The notes under the pieces are model-generated. The model was not told the DNA's origin and searched no databases. It was given only the letters and a program-made list of their open reading frames with translations. Below are positions 46,251 through 57,460 of a DNA stretch of 64,000 bases, piece by piece. Source of the stretch: Cyanophora paradoxa CCMP329 (lineage: Eukaryota > Plantae > Glaucophyta); assembly GCA_004431415.1 (NCBI GenBank), contig QPMI01000038.1:310001-374000 (forward strand), read 5' to 3'. Positions within the stretch are counted from its first letter, which is position 1. Every line of letters begins with the position of its first letter. Position numbers and translations under genes: made by a program.

Positions 46251-49200
46251 ATGCCCTCTGAGCAGCTCGCGGGCGTGCTTTCGACCGCCGAAGCGACCAA
46301 AATGCAGCTCAGCCTGCACAACGCCGAACCTCGCGAGTTTCTAACTCGCTACCTCCGTCGCGCCGGTCCTGCCGCGGGAGGCCTTCAGCTCAACTCCATC
46401 TCGGCGCCCGGCGATGAGTTGCACGCGGACCAACTCGTCCTCCCAGGTCAGTGGTGCCCCTCGGGGCGCGCGCAGTGTAGGTGGCCCGCAGGTTCTCTGC
46501 AATCACGGCATCACACTTCGCGGCCACGCCTGGGCAAGGACGAGCGAGACCGCCGATCTCGTCGTCGCGCGCACCGAGATCGGGATCGCGATCGCGATCG
46601 CGACACACACCTGCGCGCACCGCCAGGCCCCACGTCACGGTCGTGCCCCCCTCTCGATAAGACGCCTTCCCATGGCAACAGCGGCCCGCGCAAGTCTCTT
46701 TTTGCGCGATGGTCACCGGTTTCGCGCAGATTTCGAGTCTCCGCAAAAAGTGCGCGCACTTCACGATGGCCTGCTTCCGGCCAAGCCAGGGAGCACGCCC
46801 TCGCCCTGCGCGCACGCTGCCGCACTAACCGGGTTCGAGGCGGGCGGCCTCGCCTCCGAGTCGAGCCTGATCGTCGAAGTCCCGGCCGCGCGACGGCGCA
46901 GGGGCGCGGATCAGGATCCTCGTCCCCCTGGGCGCACGACGGGCGCGGCGTGGGTGAGGCTAAGTCCCACCGCACGCCAGCTGTCCGCGTCGCCTCGAGT
47001 TCTCACACTCGCCTGCCGCGCGCAGATCGCGCCGACACCTCGCGTCAATCAGCGCTGAGGAGCGCGATCGCGAGCCTCCGGCTCGGACACCCCGCTAACC
47101 TTGCGGGAGGGGCTAGAGCGCTCACTACGCGACCGCTCGCCTCGCTCACGCCTTCGCGCGCAGCGGAGGCTCGCAAGCTGCTGTCCTCGCGCGCCGACCT
47201 CGAGGGCTTCTTCGAGAAGTACTTCCTCAAGTTTGGCATCCTGTTCACGGCCGCTCGGCTGTTGCCGGACAAGCAGCTGTGCCTCACGGCGTTCGGCCCG
47301 GCCGATATGTACGTGACTGAGCACGACACGGTCTCCTTCGTGCGCCTGACCTGCAAGGCTGCAAACATCGCGCCCACGGCGTCTCTGACCCAATCTGCAG
47401 GGCACGGTGTCGCAGGCCCAGCCGGCCGACGACCACCAGCGCGGCTACTTCGGCGTCCCTCTGGGGCTCCCGCTCCACTACATTCCGGAGGGCGGCGAGT
47501 CAGAGGAGGACCGCGTCGCCCGCCGGTCCTGGCCCCTACCGGTACGCCCCATGATCACTTCCTCTCTTTCCCGCCCGCGGACGGCGCTGATCATGTCGGC
47601 GGTGCTCGCAGCGGCCTCGAGGGCCCTTGGGCAACATGCCGGAGCAGGCGGTGGCCTTCCCGCCGCCCTGCAGGAGTACAAGCTCCACGTCGGCGAGGTC
47701 GCTGGCCTGTACGCGGCGCTCCTGGCGCTCCTGGCGAACGGAATCCCCGGCGAGGCCAAGCGCCCTACCATCCCGACGATCATCAAGCGGATCTGCGACG
47801 AGCAGCGCCCGCTCGTCGTCACCGCCCTGCCCTTCGTCGCCGAAACGGTGTGCACCTGCCGGCCGCGCAGCCCGGGCCCGCCCTCCTCCTCGCTCAGCCT
47901 CGACCAGGTCGAGGCGATTTTCGCGGGAGGATCAGGGGCGGCTTTCAAGACCCTCAGCCGCTGCCCGGAGGCCGCTTGGGGCGCCGTTTTCGCGCCAACT
48001 GCCCTCAAGCAGTTCAAGCTTCGCACCCTCCCCAACCTCGCGGTACGCTCGCAGCCCCTCTCCCCTGGCAGCGGCGCCAGTTGCGTTCGTGGCCTCACGA
48101 CGCCCGCGATCGCAGACGCTCGACGACGTCCTCGCCGCTCTCTCCCCGAAGGTCTTCTCTCAGCGGCAGCTGATCGAAGTGGGCGAATACCTCCGCCCGC
48201 GCCTCGCTGGCACGCTGGAGGAGGCGCCACGCACCTCGGCGACCCGCGAAAGCGATCGCGAGCCGGCGACCTCGAGCGCCGCGGCCGAGCGCGACCCCCG
48301 GCCGGCCCAGGGCGCCAAGAAGCCTGTGTCGACCCCGGCCGGGGCGACGTCGAAGCCCGCAGCTCCCCCCTCGAAGGCCTCCAAGGCGCCCAAGAAGACC
48401 GGCGCCGCGAAGGCGCCGGCGGCTCCAGCGGTCCCCAAGAAGCGGCCGCCCCCGCCGCCGCCCACTGACTCGGACGACGAGGAGGAGGACGTGGAGGTCG
48501 CCCCCAAGCGCCCCCGGCCGGCGCCAACCCCCTTCTCTGCGTTCGACAAGGGGTACGCCGGCTGGGCCCCCAATGGCAAGCGCCCCATCGCACCGGTACG
48601 CCAGCGTTCTGGGAATCCGAACGCCACTTCCTCACGCCCGCGAGAGCAGAACGCGGCGGCGCCGGCCCAGGCACCGGCAGCCTCGCGGCCCGGCAGCTTC
48701 TTCGCGGCGCCGGGCGGGGCGCGCAACGGGAACGCTGGCAGCGGTGCGCCTCCCCCGCCCGGGCGCCCGCCCCGCCTTCCCCGCGGCCACGAAATTGATG
48801 CACCGCCAGTTCCGTCGGGCGAGACCTGGAATGCGGCGCCCTGGAGCGCGATGGGCCATGCCGGCGACCTTGAGCTCGAGGACGCCGACGACTTCCTGGA
48901 GGAGGTCGACCCCCACGCGCCCCTCTACTACTCGAACCCGCCCAACGGCCAGCCGCCCTACCCGGCGACTTTCGCGGCGGCGCCCCAGCCGCCCTTCTCC
49001 TCCTCGGCTCCGGCAGCGAGCCGTGCACCGCTGCCCCCGGCGGCAGCCAAGGCCGCGATCATCCTCCCGCCCGTGGAGGAGACAGTCCGCTCGCAGCATG
49101 GGCTGCCAATCAACGACGTCAACAGCGCGCAGATGCGCGAGGCGGTCGTCTGGCTGGCCAAGCGCATCCAGAAGGCAGCTCAGACGCTGTCGGACGGCCG

Positions 49201-50385
49201 CGTCGGCGAGGAGCTCGCCCCGAACGCCGTGGCTGCAGCCGCTGCGAAGGGCGGCGCGGCGGTCGGCGCCGAGCTCGCTGACTCGGCCCTCCGCGCCGTC
49301 CTGCTCCACCTCGAGCAGGCCTTCGCGAGCCGCGATTTCGCGGGCCTGCTCGCCGCCGTCCAGGTCCAGAGCGCCGTCCTCGACCACGCACGCGCCGCAG
49401 GCGACCCGGAACTGGTGGCCTTCCTCGCCCAGCACTTCGTGAAGCTGGAGCGCGCCTGCGCCAGCCTCGAGAAGGCCACCCGCAGCGCCGTCGCCATCCA
49501 CGCCCTCTGCGCTCCCTCCTCCGCCGGCGGCTTCGACCCTGTGCGCCTCGCGGCCAGCGGCGAGCTGCTCCTTGGCAAGGGCACGGTGCCCACCCCTCCC
49601 GCCCCGCCCCGCAAAAACGGTCCCGACCTCGAACTTACGGACTGCCCGGTTGCAGGCGACGAACCTCCTGAAGGAGGAGGAGGGCTTCGGGCTCGCCGGC
49701 CAGCCGACCTGGCAACAGCTCGAGGGCGCGGAGGCAGCTCTCAAGTTCGCCGCAAGAACCTCTCGACGGCGACGGCCTCCTCTCCGGCGGACCTGGTCCG
49801 CTCGACCTTTGCTGGTCCGTGCCCTCAGCCCCAGCCCCGCCGACAGTGCGCGCGCTGGTGCCGGCTAGCGCTGATAGCGCCAGCGCGCAGAGGCCAAGTC
49901 CGGCGGGCCCATGGCCACCCTCACCCCGCAGGGACCGGCTTCATGCCCATGTTCCCGTTCCCCCCGCGCCTCCCGGCTACTACTACGATCCCGCCCAGCA
50001 CCGCTCGGGTGGCGGTGGCGGCGGTGGCGGCCGGCTGCGCAAGGCGCGGGGCGGCGGTGGCGGTGGCGGGGCGGCGGCGGCGGCGGCAGCCGCAACGGCG
50101 GCGGAGGCGGAGGCCACGCCCAGCACGGCAGCGGAGGCGGCGGCCACGGCGGCGCAGGCGGCGCCGCCGGCAGCGCCGCCGGTCAGCCGGCCCGCAGCGG
50201 TTAGCGGCTCGAGCGCAGCTGTACGACAGGCCCGCAAACGCGCGGCCGAGGCCCCGCCCCCCAGATCTAGACCTGGCGCCCCCAGGCGTAATTTTGCAGT
50301 CGTCGGTAGCTCGCAGTCAGAGGCAGACAGCCCGGCAGCTAGCCCTGATTTTGATCAGGAGGCAGGATGGGACCTCAATAAATCA
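46251..50385 (+). CDS. ORF1 (gag-position) of the YR retrotransposon, interrupted by spliceosomal-type introns
   Basis: Phase-0 introns at 47358-47400 (GC-AG) and 48043-48115 join ORFs 46251, 47407 and 47627; intron 49586-49655 continues into the 49572 frame; no recognisable domain. Confidence 0.6.
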
Positions 50386-52391
50386 ATGATTTGGTCTCCC
50401 CTCCCGGCCGATGCACTGCCCCGGGCCCCTTTGACACCTCCCTCTCACAACGAGTTTGCACTGCTCCGAGAGCTAGTCCGCAAGCACGGTGACCCCGGCC
50501 CGTACAACTTCGCCAGCCACGAGGCAGGCTTCCGTGCGGGCCAGCTCGCAAAGTTTGCACCTGCATGGCGGGCCCTCTTCCGCGCCGCAAACACGGAGCT
50601 GCCCTCCTGGGTTGGCCTAGTGATTCGAGAAGGCCTGCGCCTTCCTCTGCAAAAAGCGCCCGGACAGCCGGTCCCCTCACTTAAGGACCTTCCAGCGACA
50701 GCCGCCGAGCAGCCGCGCCCCTCATGCTTCAAGACGCCTGAGCACACGACCTTCGTCGACCGCGAGGTTGCCGTGATGCTGAGCCTCGGCGTGGCAAGGC
50801 TGGCGACGGCCGAGGACGTGCTCCTCACTCGCCATGTCTGCGCGCTCCATGTCGTAGACAAGAGCGGCCCTGATAAATTCCGCTTGTGCCTAGACGCGAC
50901 GCCTGTAAATGATTTTATTCAGTGCAAATCATTTCAGTATCAGTCGCTCGACCACGTGGCACCTCTGCTCACGCCGGGCTGTTGGATGGTCAAATACGAC
51001 CTGCGAAAAGGCTACTATCACATTGCCTTGCACCCGGCTACTCAGCGGCTGCTGACTTTTCGCTGGCGGGGCCGCCTGTACGTCTATCAAGCCCTCTGCT
51101 TTGGCGTGAACGTCGCTTGTCGCGTCTTCACCAAGCTGATGCGAGCCTTTGCGAAATACTGGGCAGCCCTCGGGGTTCGCCTCTGCACCTACATTGATGA
51201 CGGGCTCTTCATCTGCCCTCACGCGAGATTGCCGAGCTGGTCTCCCAGCACCTTCGCTGGCTGGCCCCGCAGCTCGGCCTAGTGTTTTCGTCGAAGTCGG
51301 ACTTCACTCCGACCCAGGTCACTGAATACCTGGGACTCGAGATCGACACCCGCCCTGGGCGCGGCGTCTTCACCGTAACGCCGAAAAAAGTGGCAAAAAT
51401 CACGGCTCTCCTAGACGAGGCGCTGGCGTCCCCGACGGCCTCTGTCCGAGCCCTGCAGCGGCTTGCGGGAAAATTGATTGCGCTCCGCATGGCCTTCCCG
51501 GCCGCCCGCCTCATGACCCGCCCCATTTTTGCGGCGCTGGCGGCGGCTGAGCGTACAGGACGGAACCCGTTCGACCCGTTGGCAGTTCAGATCGACGGAG
51601 CGGTCGCGGACGCGCTAAACTGGATGCGGCGTGTGCTCCCAACACGCCCCCACCACCCGATTTGGGAGCCCCTCCGTTTCTTTCGGCTGTTCACCGACGC
51701 CTCCGGCTACGGTTTCGCCGCCTTCTTAGACTGTGGCGAAGGGGCCACCCCCCTTGACGAACGGCAGGGAGATGCGTGGTCCACCTGGGGCACGTTTCCC
51801 CCAGAGCTCCGTGCCGGCGCGCAGCCCCCCGTCTCGAGCAACGAGCGTGAACTCCGAGCAGTGCTCGCAGCGGCGCGCGACCTCTTCCCCCTGCTCCCGT
51901 TCGGCGCAAAAGTCTTCCTGCGCTCCGACAACTCGACTACGGTCGCCGCAGTCGGCAAGGGCAGCGCCTCCCCCCGCCTGTTTGACCTGTGCGTCGAGCT
52001 CTGGCGACGCTGCGCAGAGCTCGGCATTATTCTTTGCGCACGCCACATTCCCGGCGTACGCAACCGCTGGGCTGACACGGCCTCGCGTTCCCTGCGCCCG
52101 CAGCTCCACCGAGGACTGCTCGCTGCGGCGCACGCGGCTCTCGGCGCGGGCTGGCCCCATGAGCACGTCGCAGACGACTCCGACGTCTGGCTGGCGGCGG
52201 CGCGGCCCCAGCGCCCCGCAATTCTCACAGCCGACTCGCGGCTCCGAGCTCGCCTTCTGGCGAGCCTCCGCGACCACCCGCCCGCCTGTCCCGTGGCCCT
52301 CCTACTACCATGGCAGCCGAGCACGACTTGGGCGATCGCGCTGTCCGACCTCTGGTTCCAGCCGAAAATCCTGAGCGTGAAACTGGGCTAG
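50386..52391 (+). CDS. Reverse transcriptase + RNase H + degenerate methyltransferase-like region (DIRS pol); 1-nt frameshift at ~51217; 3' end cut by an insertion at 52364
   Basis: RT: KFRLCLD, KYDLRKGYYHI, LCFG, YIDD. RNase H: LFTDASGYG, SNERELRAV, SDNSTTV, HIPGVRNRWADTASR. MT-like tail: VALLLPWQPSTTW. Confidence 0.92.
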
Positions 52392-52946
52392 AGTCCGTAG
52401 CAGGCAGAGGGGTACGTGAACTAGGGCTAGTTCGCAACACCTGTCCTGGGTACGGCAGTCTGGCCTAGGGTACGCGAAGCAGGGGAGAGGCAGGACCAAG
52501 GCGCCGTATACATAGGGTAGGGTCGGGTGGGAGAGCTCGAGGCGCGACGGCGCACTCGGGGTACAACAACTGAAGAGGGGCGGGCAGTCGTGCCTCGGGT
52601 ACAGCTGCTCTACGTCTACTCGCGGGTTGACCTAAGTAAACTACTTTACTATCAATCAACCCTAGCGAGTTTACTCTTAGCAATAGAGGGGTACACTCCC
52701 CGCAGTGCTGTGAGCTCTGCGTCGCTAGCATGGTCATATGCTAATCTAGTATATGCATACACAACTCGAAATGGGTGCCAAGAAGGGGACTGCCTCGGGC
52801 CTGTGAAAATCCTGAGCGTGAAACTGGGCTAGAGTCCGTAGCAGGCAGAGGGGTACGTGAACTAGGGCTAGTTCGCAACACCTGTCCTGGGTACGGCAGT
52901 CTGGCCTAGGGTACGCGAAGCAGGGAGAGGCAGGACCAAGGCGCCG
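52364..52946. mobile_element. 583-bp mini-element with ~143-bp terminal direct repeats nested in pol
   Basis: GAAAATCCTGAGCG...CCAAGGCGCCG at 52364-52506 and 52805-52946 (1-nt indel); removing it restores an open pol frame. Confidence 0.65.
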
Positions 52947-53017
52947 AGGCGGGCGGCGGCTGCGAAGTGGGCGCCGCGCGCTGGCACCCATGGAGAGAGG
53001 TGTGTGATGAATGAAGG

Positions 53018-53630
53018 TCAGCTGGAGGGCACTGCGGCTGGGGGCGCGTGGCTGCTGGCGAGGAGGAGGCCCCGCTGGCGGCGGACGAGCTCGGGGCGCG
53101 CACGGATGTACAGCTGGAAAGCGTCGGACCGCCAGCGGCCGAGGAGCTGGATAGCGTAGTCAGGGAGGCCGGCCTCGAACGCCGCGGTGGCGGCGCCGAT
53201 GCGGAAGCTGTGCGGCAGCAGGGGGTCGGCTGCGTAGCCGAGGGCGTGGAGCCAGTTGCGGAGGGCGGCATGCAGCTCCGAACGGGTCAGCGGCTGGCCG
53301 GTGGCGGCATGTGCGAAGATGTAGGCGTCAGGGCGGGCGGGGCCCGTCCAGGAGAGGGCGAGGGCCTCGAGGGCGCAGTGAGCGCACTCCAGGCCGCCGA
53401 CATGGGGAATGTCGACGTCACAGCCCTGGCCTCGCTGATCGGTCTTCGACTTCTTCAGGCGGAGGCGGGCGAAGCTCTCGCCCTCGTCCGTGAAGAAGCG
53501 GAGGTCGCGGCGCTGGAAGAGCCGGGCCGGGTCGGGCACAGGGAGGCGGACAGCACAGACCTCGCTGCAGCGGAAGAAGCCGAAGAAGGCGGTGGAAAAG
53601 GCGGCCCAGAGGAGCCGCGTCTCAGGTGAC
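53018..53630 (-). CDS. Tyrosine recombinase catalytic domain, antisense to pol; N-terminal domain absent
   Basis: LLWAAFSTAFFGFFRCSE (R), LKKSKTDQ (K), HSFRIGAAT (HxxR), LLGRWRSDAFQLY (W, Y); in-frame TAG at ~53675. Confidence 0.93.
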
Positions 53631-53636
53631 GGTTGG

Positions 53637-54029
53637 GGCGGGCTCCGCCCCCCGGCCCACCAATGAACTCCTGCCTAAGTCTCAGACCGCTGCACTTACC
53701 AGCGGTCGCTGTACCCCACCTCTCCCAAGAGGCCCGCTCGGCACCCTCGAGGTGCCGGGCTCGGGGTACAGCAATTCTAGACTCGCAGTAGCTCGCTAGA
53801 AAAAACGCACACGATGTGGACCCCTGGGGAAGCATCAGCCAGTATCCTCGGCTAGAGAGCGCAAGGAAACCGTGACCACACGGGGATTGCCTCTCCGGTT
53901 CGCGCCGCGAACCGTGCTCCCCTCTTCACGATCAGCTCGAGATAGCTAGATGCTCGAGTTGAAGTGAATCAATATATTACATACTCTGGGCGCTCGGCGG
54001 AGAAAAAAGCACGAGAGGCCCCGCATAAA
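53637..54029 (+). repeat. Split direct repeat B1 (393 bp); matches B2 at 54639-55031
   Basis: GGCGGGCTCCGCCCCCCGGCCCACC...GAGAGGCCCCGCATAAA at both sites. Confidence 0.95.
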
Positions 54030-55331
54030 ACGTCGTATGCGCGCAAGGCGTAGACGAAGATTTGTGCGAGCCAGAAGTGCCAAAATTAGCCGAGTCGCCA
54101 GTTTCGCGGCCAAGCGGGATCGAACCCGCGGCCCCGGGGGCCCTCACGTTAATTGCGTAAATTGCGCAATCTCACGACAACAATCGTCATGGGGCGCGTG
54201 CCGAATTATCCCCCGGCGGCCGGACAGGGTAGCCCCCCGGCTTCGCCGGGAATATTAGGCCGGCCCCCGCCAGTTAGAGCCAGTTGCTTGCGCGACCGCA
54301 CGGACGCGACCGCGCCCGTGCGGCCGCACCTCTAAATAAATCGCGAGAATAGCCTCGCGACCCACCCTCCCGCACCTCTCCGACCTCAGGACCTGGGCGA
54401 AGGCCTGGCTCGGAGCCGAATTAAATTGCGGTGACCCGAATTCGAATTCGAATTTCGGATTTCTGAGTTCGGCCGAAGAAACTTTAACCGCGGTTTTCAA
54501 AAAATCGGCCTGTCAAAAACAAGCCAACTTCGGTATATCGAATCCGAAGGCTGGAAGGGAATTCCTGGCAAGAGCTGAGCTGTACGCCAAGTTCCAGTTC
54601 TTGGCTACGGCTCAGCAACTTGGGCATGGTTTGGGCCCGGCGGGCTCCGCCCCCCGGCCCACCAATGAACTCCTGCCTAAGTCTCAGACCGCTGCACTTA
54701 CCAGCGGTCGCTGTACCCCACCTCTCCCAAGAGGCCCGCTCGGCACCCTCGAGGTGCCGGGCTCGGGGTACAGCAATTCTAGACTCGCAGTAGCTCGCTA
54801 GAAAAAACGCACACGATGTGGACCCCTGGGGAAGCATCAGCCAGTATCCTCGGCTAGAGAGCGCAAGGAAACCGTGACCACACGGGGATTGCCTCTCCGG
54901 TTCGCGCCGCGAACCGTGCTCCCCTCTTCACGATCAGCTCGAGATAGCTAGATGCTCGAGTTGAAGTGAATCAATATATTACATACTCTGGGCGCTCGGC
55001 GGAGAAAAAAGCACGAGAGGCCCCGCATAAACTACTGTAACTTCCCGGGCCTGCCGCTCAGCGGATGAGCTCAAGCCGCACAAAGCGAGCGCTGCTCTCC
55101 ATTTGAGCGCTCGCCCCAGGCCTGCATGCGCAGCTCGCGCGCCTCCGAGTTCAAGGCTTGCGGTCGATGATGATGGGGCAGGCCCAGGCAGCACGAGATG
55201 CGCGCTGAGCTGAGCAGCTGAGTTGCAGCTGAACGGCTGCAGCCGACGGAGGCAGCTCAGAAAGAAAGCGCCGAGGGGGGAGGAAGTGCTGCGGGGATAC
55301 AGGTGTTCAGAGTGAGCACCGGCGGGAACTG

Positions 55332-57333
55332 ATGAGCGCACCGCGGCCGCACCCCAGCGCACCGTCGAGCGAAGACGCAGAGCTCGCGGAGTCGGAGCGC
55401 GCTCGAGCGCCGCCGATCGAGCAGCTGCCCGACGCGGTACTTTCGCAGGTCCTCGAGCGCGTGGGCCTGCATGGCGCGGCCCTCGCGCGCGCCGTCTGCC
55501 GCCGCTGGCGCGACGCGGCCGAGGCGGTTTCCTGGGCCCGCCTGGAGGTCGACGTGCGGAGCGGGAGCGCCGAGCACGCCGACGTGCTCGCGCTGCTGCT
55601 CGTCGGGGCGCCGGCTCCAGCGTGCGGTGGCGCGCCGAGCTTGCGGCGATGGATCCGCGTCGCCCCCGGCGCGTCGCTGCGCCTGCGCGTGGCCGCCGTG
55701 TCGACGTGCGGGCTCCACGCGGCGACGCTGTGGAGCTCCGGCGTGGCGCTCCTTGCGGCCTGCGCCGCGGCGGCGAGCGGGGGCGGCCTCGGGGAGGTGG
55801 AGGTCGAGTTCCGGCGGCGCGCCAGCCCGCGGGCCTGCCTCGCAGACCTCCTCGCCGCCCTCGCTCCCCTCGGCGCCGTCGGCCCCGACGGGGCGGGGCG
55901 CGGGGCGCTGCGCCGGCTCGCGCTGCGGAGCGAGGGCCTCCGGAAGGACTTCGGGTATGACGCCTTCCCGCCCGCCCCGGAGCTCGAGCGGCTCCTGCGG
56001 CCCCTCGCCGCTCTCGAGCGCCTCGTCCTCCCCGTCTGCTCTGCCGCCGACCGCCCCGCCGCCGCCGCCCTCGCCCGCTCCCTCCCGCGCCTCAGGGAGG
56101 CGCGCCCTTCTCGCCCTATGCCGCCTCCACTCTGAGCGCCCCCCCCCCCCCTCCCTTCCCCCCCCCCCCAGCTGGAGGTGAACCTGGAGGGGTACGGGGC
56201 GGCGGGGGGCCTGGCGGCGCTGCCATCGCTGGAGTGCCTCGCGGTGGAGGACGGCGCCACGGGCGCCCTGCGCGACCCGCCGGACGCGGTACCCCTCCTC
56301 GAGGGCCTCGCCGCCGGCCCCGCCGCCCTCTCCCTCAAAGAGTGCGCGCACCCGCCCCGCCCCCTCGCCGGCGCCGCCCGGTACCCCCCCAACGAGCCAC
56401 CCCGCAGGCTGCGCGTCCCGGCTCTGCTCTCCCGCGCCGCCCTGCGCGCCCTCCCGCGCCTCGCCGCCCTCGAGCGCCTCCGCGGGCCCTTCTCCGTCCG
56501 TACCCCCCCCGCCCCCCCCCCCCCCTTCACCCCGCCCCCAGGTCTGCGCGGACGTGGGCGGGGACGACCTGGCGGGGCTGGGCTCCCTCCCCGCCCTCCG
56601 CAGCCTGGGGCTCCTGCGCCTCTGCCCCGCGGGGCCCGAGGCGGCCGCCCAGCAGCTCGCCGGCCTCGCGGCCGCCCTCGCGCGCTCCGCAGCGCTGACC
56701 GACCTCGACCTGCGGATCGGTCCGCGCCCCCTGCCCCGGCCCGCCCCCGCCCCGCCCGCTCCTCTCAGCCCGCGGCAGGCCCGCCGCCGCCGGCGGCGGC
56801 GCTCGAGGAGCTCGCGGCGCTGGCCGGCGCGGCCCGCGGGCGCCTCTCGCTGGAGATGGAGGTCGACCTCGCGCCAGGCCGTCCCGCAGAGGTCGCCGCC
56901 GCGCTGGCCGCCGCGCCGCCGCGCCGCCTCGCCCTCGCGGTCGCCGTCGGTGCGGAGGCGCTGCGCGGCGGCTGGCTCGACGGCCTCGCCGCCTTCTCCG
57001 CCTGCTCCGCCGGCGACATCGAGGTCCGCCCCGCGCACTGCGCCCGGCTCGTGCCCTGCCTCTGGTCTCGCGGCCCCCCCGCTCAGCGACCTGTGCGCAG
57101 GTGCGCCTGCGGCTCGGCGTCCCCCTGAGGCGGCGGGGAGGGGGCGCTGGAGGCCCTCGCCCAGTCGCCGGTCCGCCACCCTCGCCCCGCCCCGCGCCGC
57201 CTCCGGCCGTCCCGACGCGCCCCGGCCCGCCGGCAGGCGATGCTGTGCGGGGCGGCGGCGCGGGCGCTCCCCGCGGCGCGCTTCCTCTTCGCCGACGCGT
57301 GGCAGGCGGGGCGGCCCCCGGCGCAGTCCCTGA
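55332..57333 (+). CDS. F-box/LRR-like protein; paralogue of 38723-40628 (3' end approximate)
   Basis: IEQLPDAVLSQVLERVGLHGAALARAVCRRWR; LRR-like exons LAALPSLECLAV, LPRLAALERL and LGSLPALRSLGL. Confidence 0.75.
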
Positions 57334-57460
57334 CCAGATAGCTCCCGGAGTCCCACGTGCACTTGCAATTGGGCGCGCAGCCCACGCAGCCTGGCAGCAG
57401 TATACGTAGCTCAATTGCAAGCTTACAATTCGAACCATGCCAGGGGATGTGTATTCGAAA

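Larger units (their letters stand above)
45900..55031 (+). mobile_element. Tyrosine-recombinase (DIRS-order) retrotransposon with split direct repeats, PAT/TOC/kangaroo-like; this copy probably defective
   Basis: Layout A1(45900-46228)-ORF1-RT/RNaseH-YR(minus)-B1(53637-54029)-A2(54031-54359)-unique 279 bp-B2(54639-55031); no TSD; DIRS-type RT and RNase H motifs. Confidence 0.93.

Noticed and set aside
52569-52772. Hammerhead ribozyme in the mini-element (CTGAAGAG ... CTCGAAA)
   Set aside because: The core motifs are ~190 nt apart with no convincing stems I-III; cannot be supported by eye
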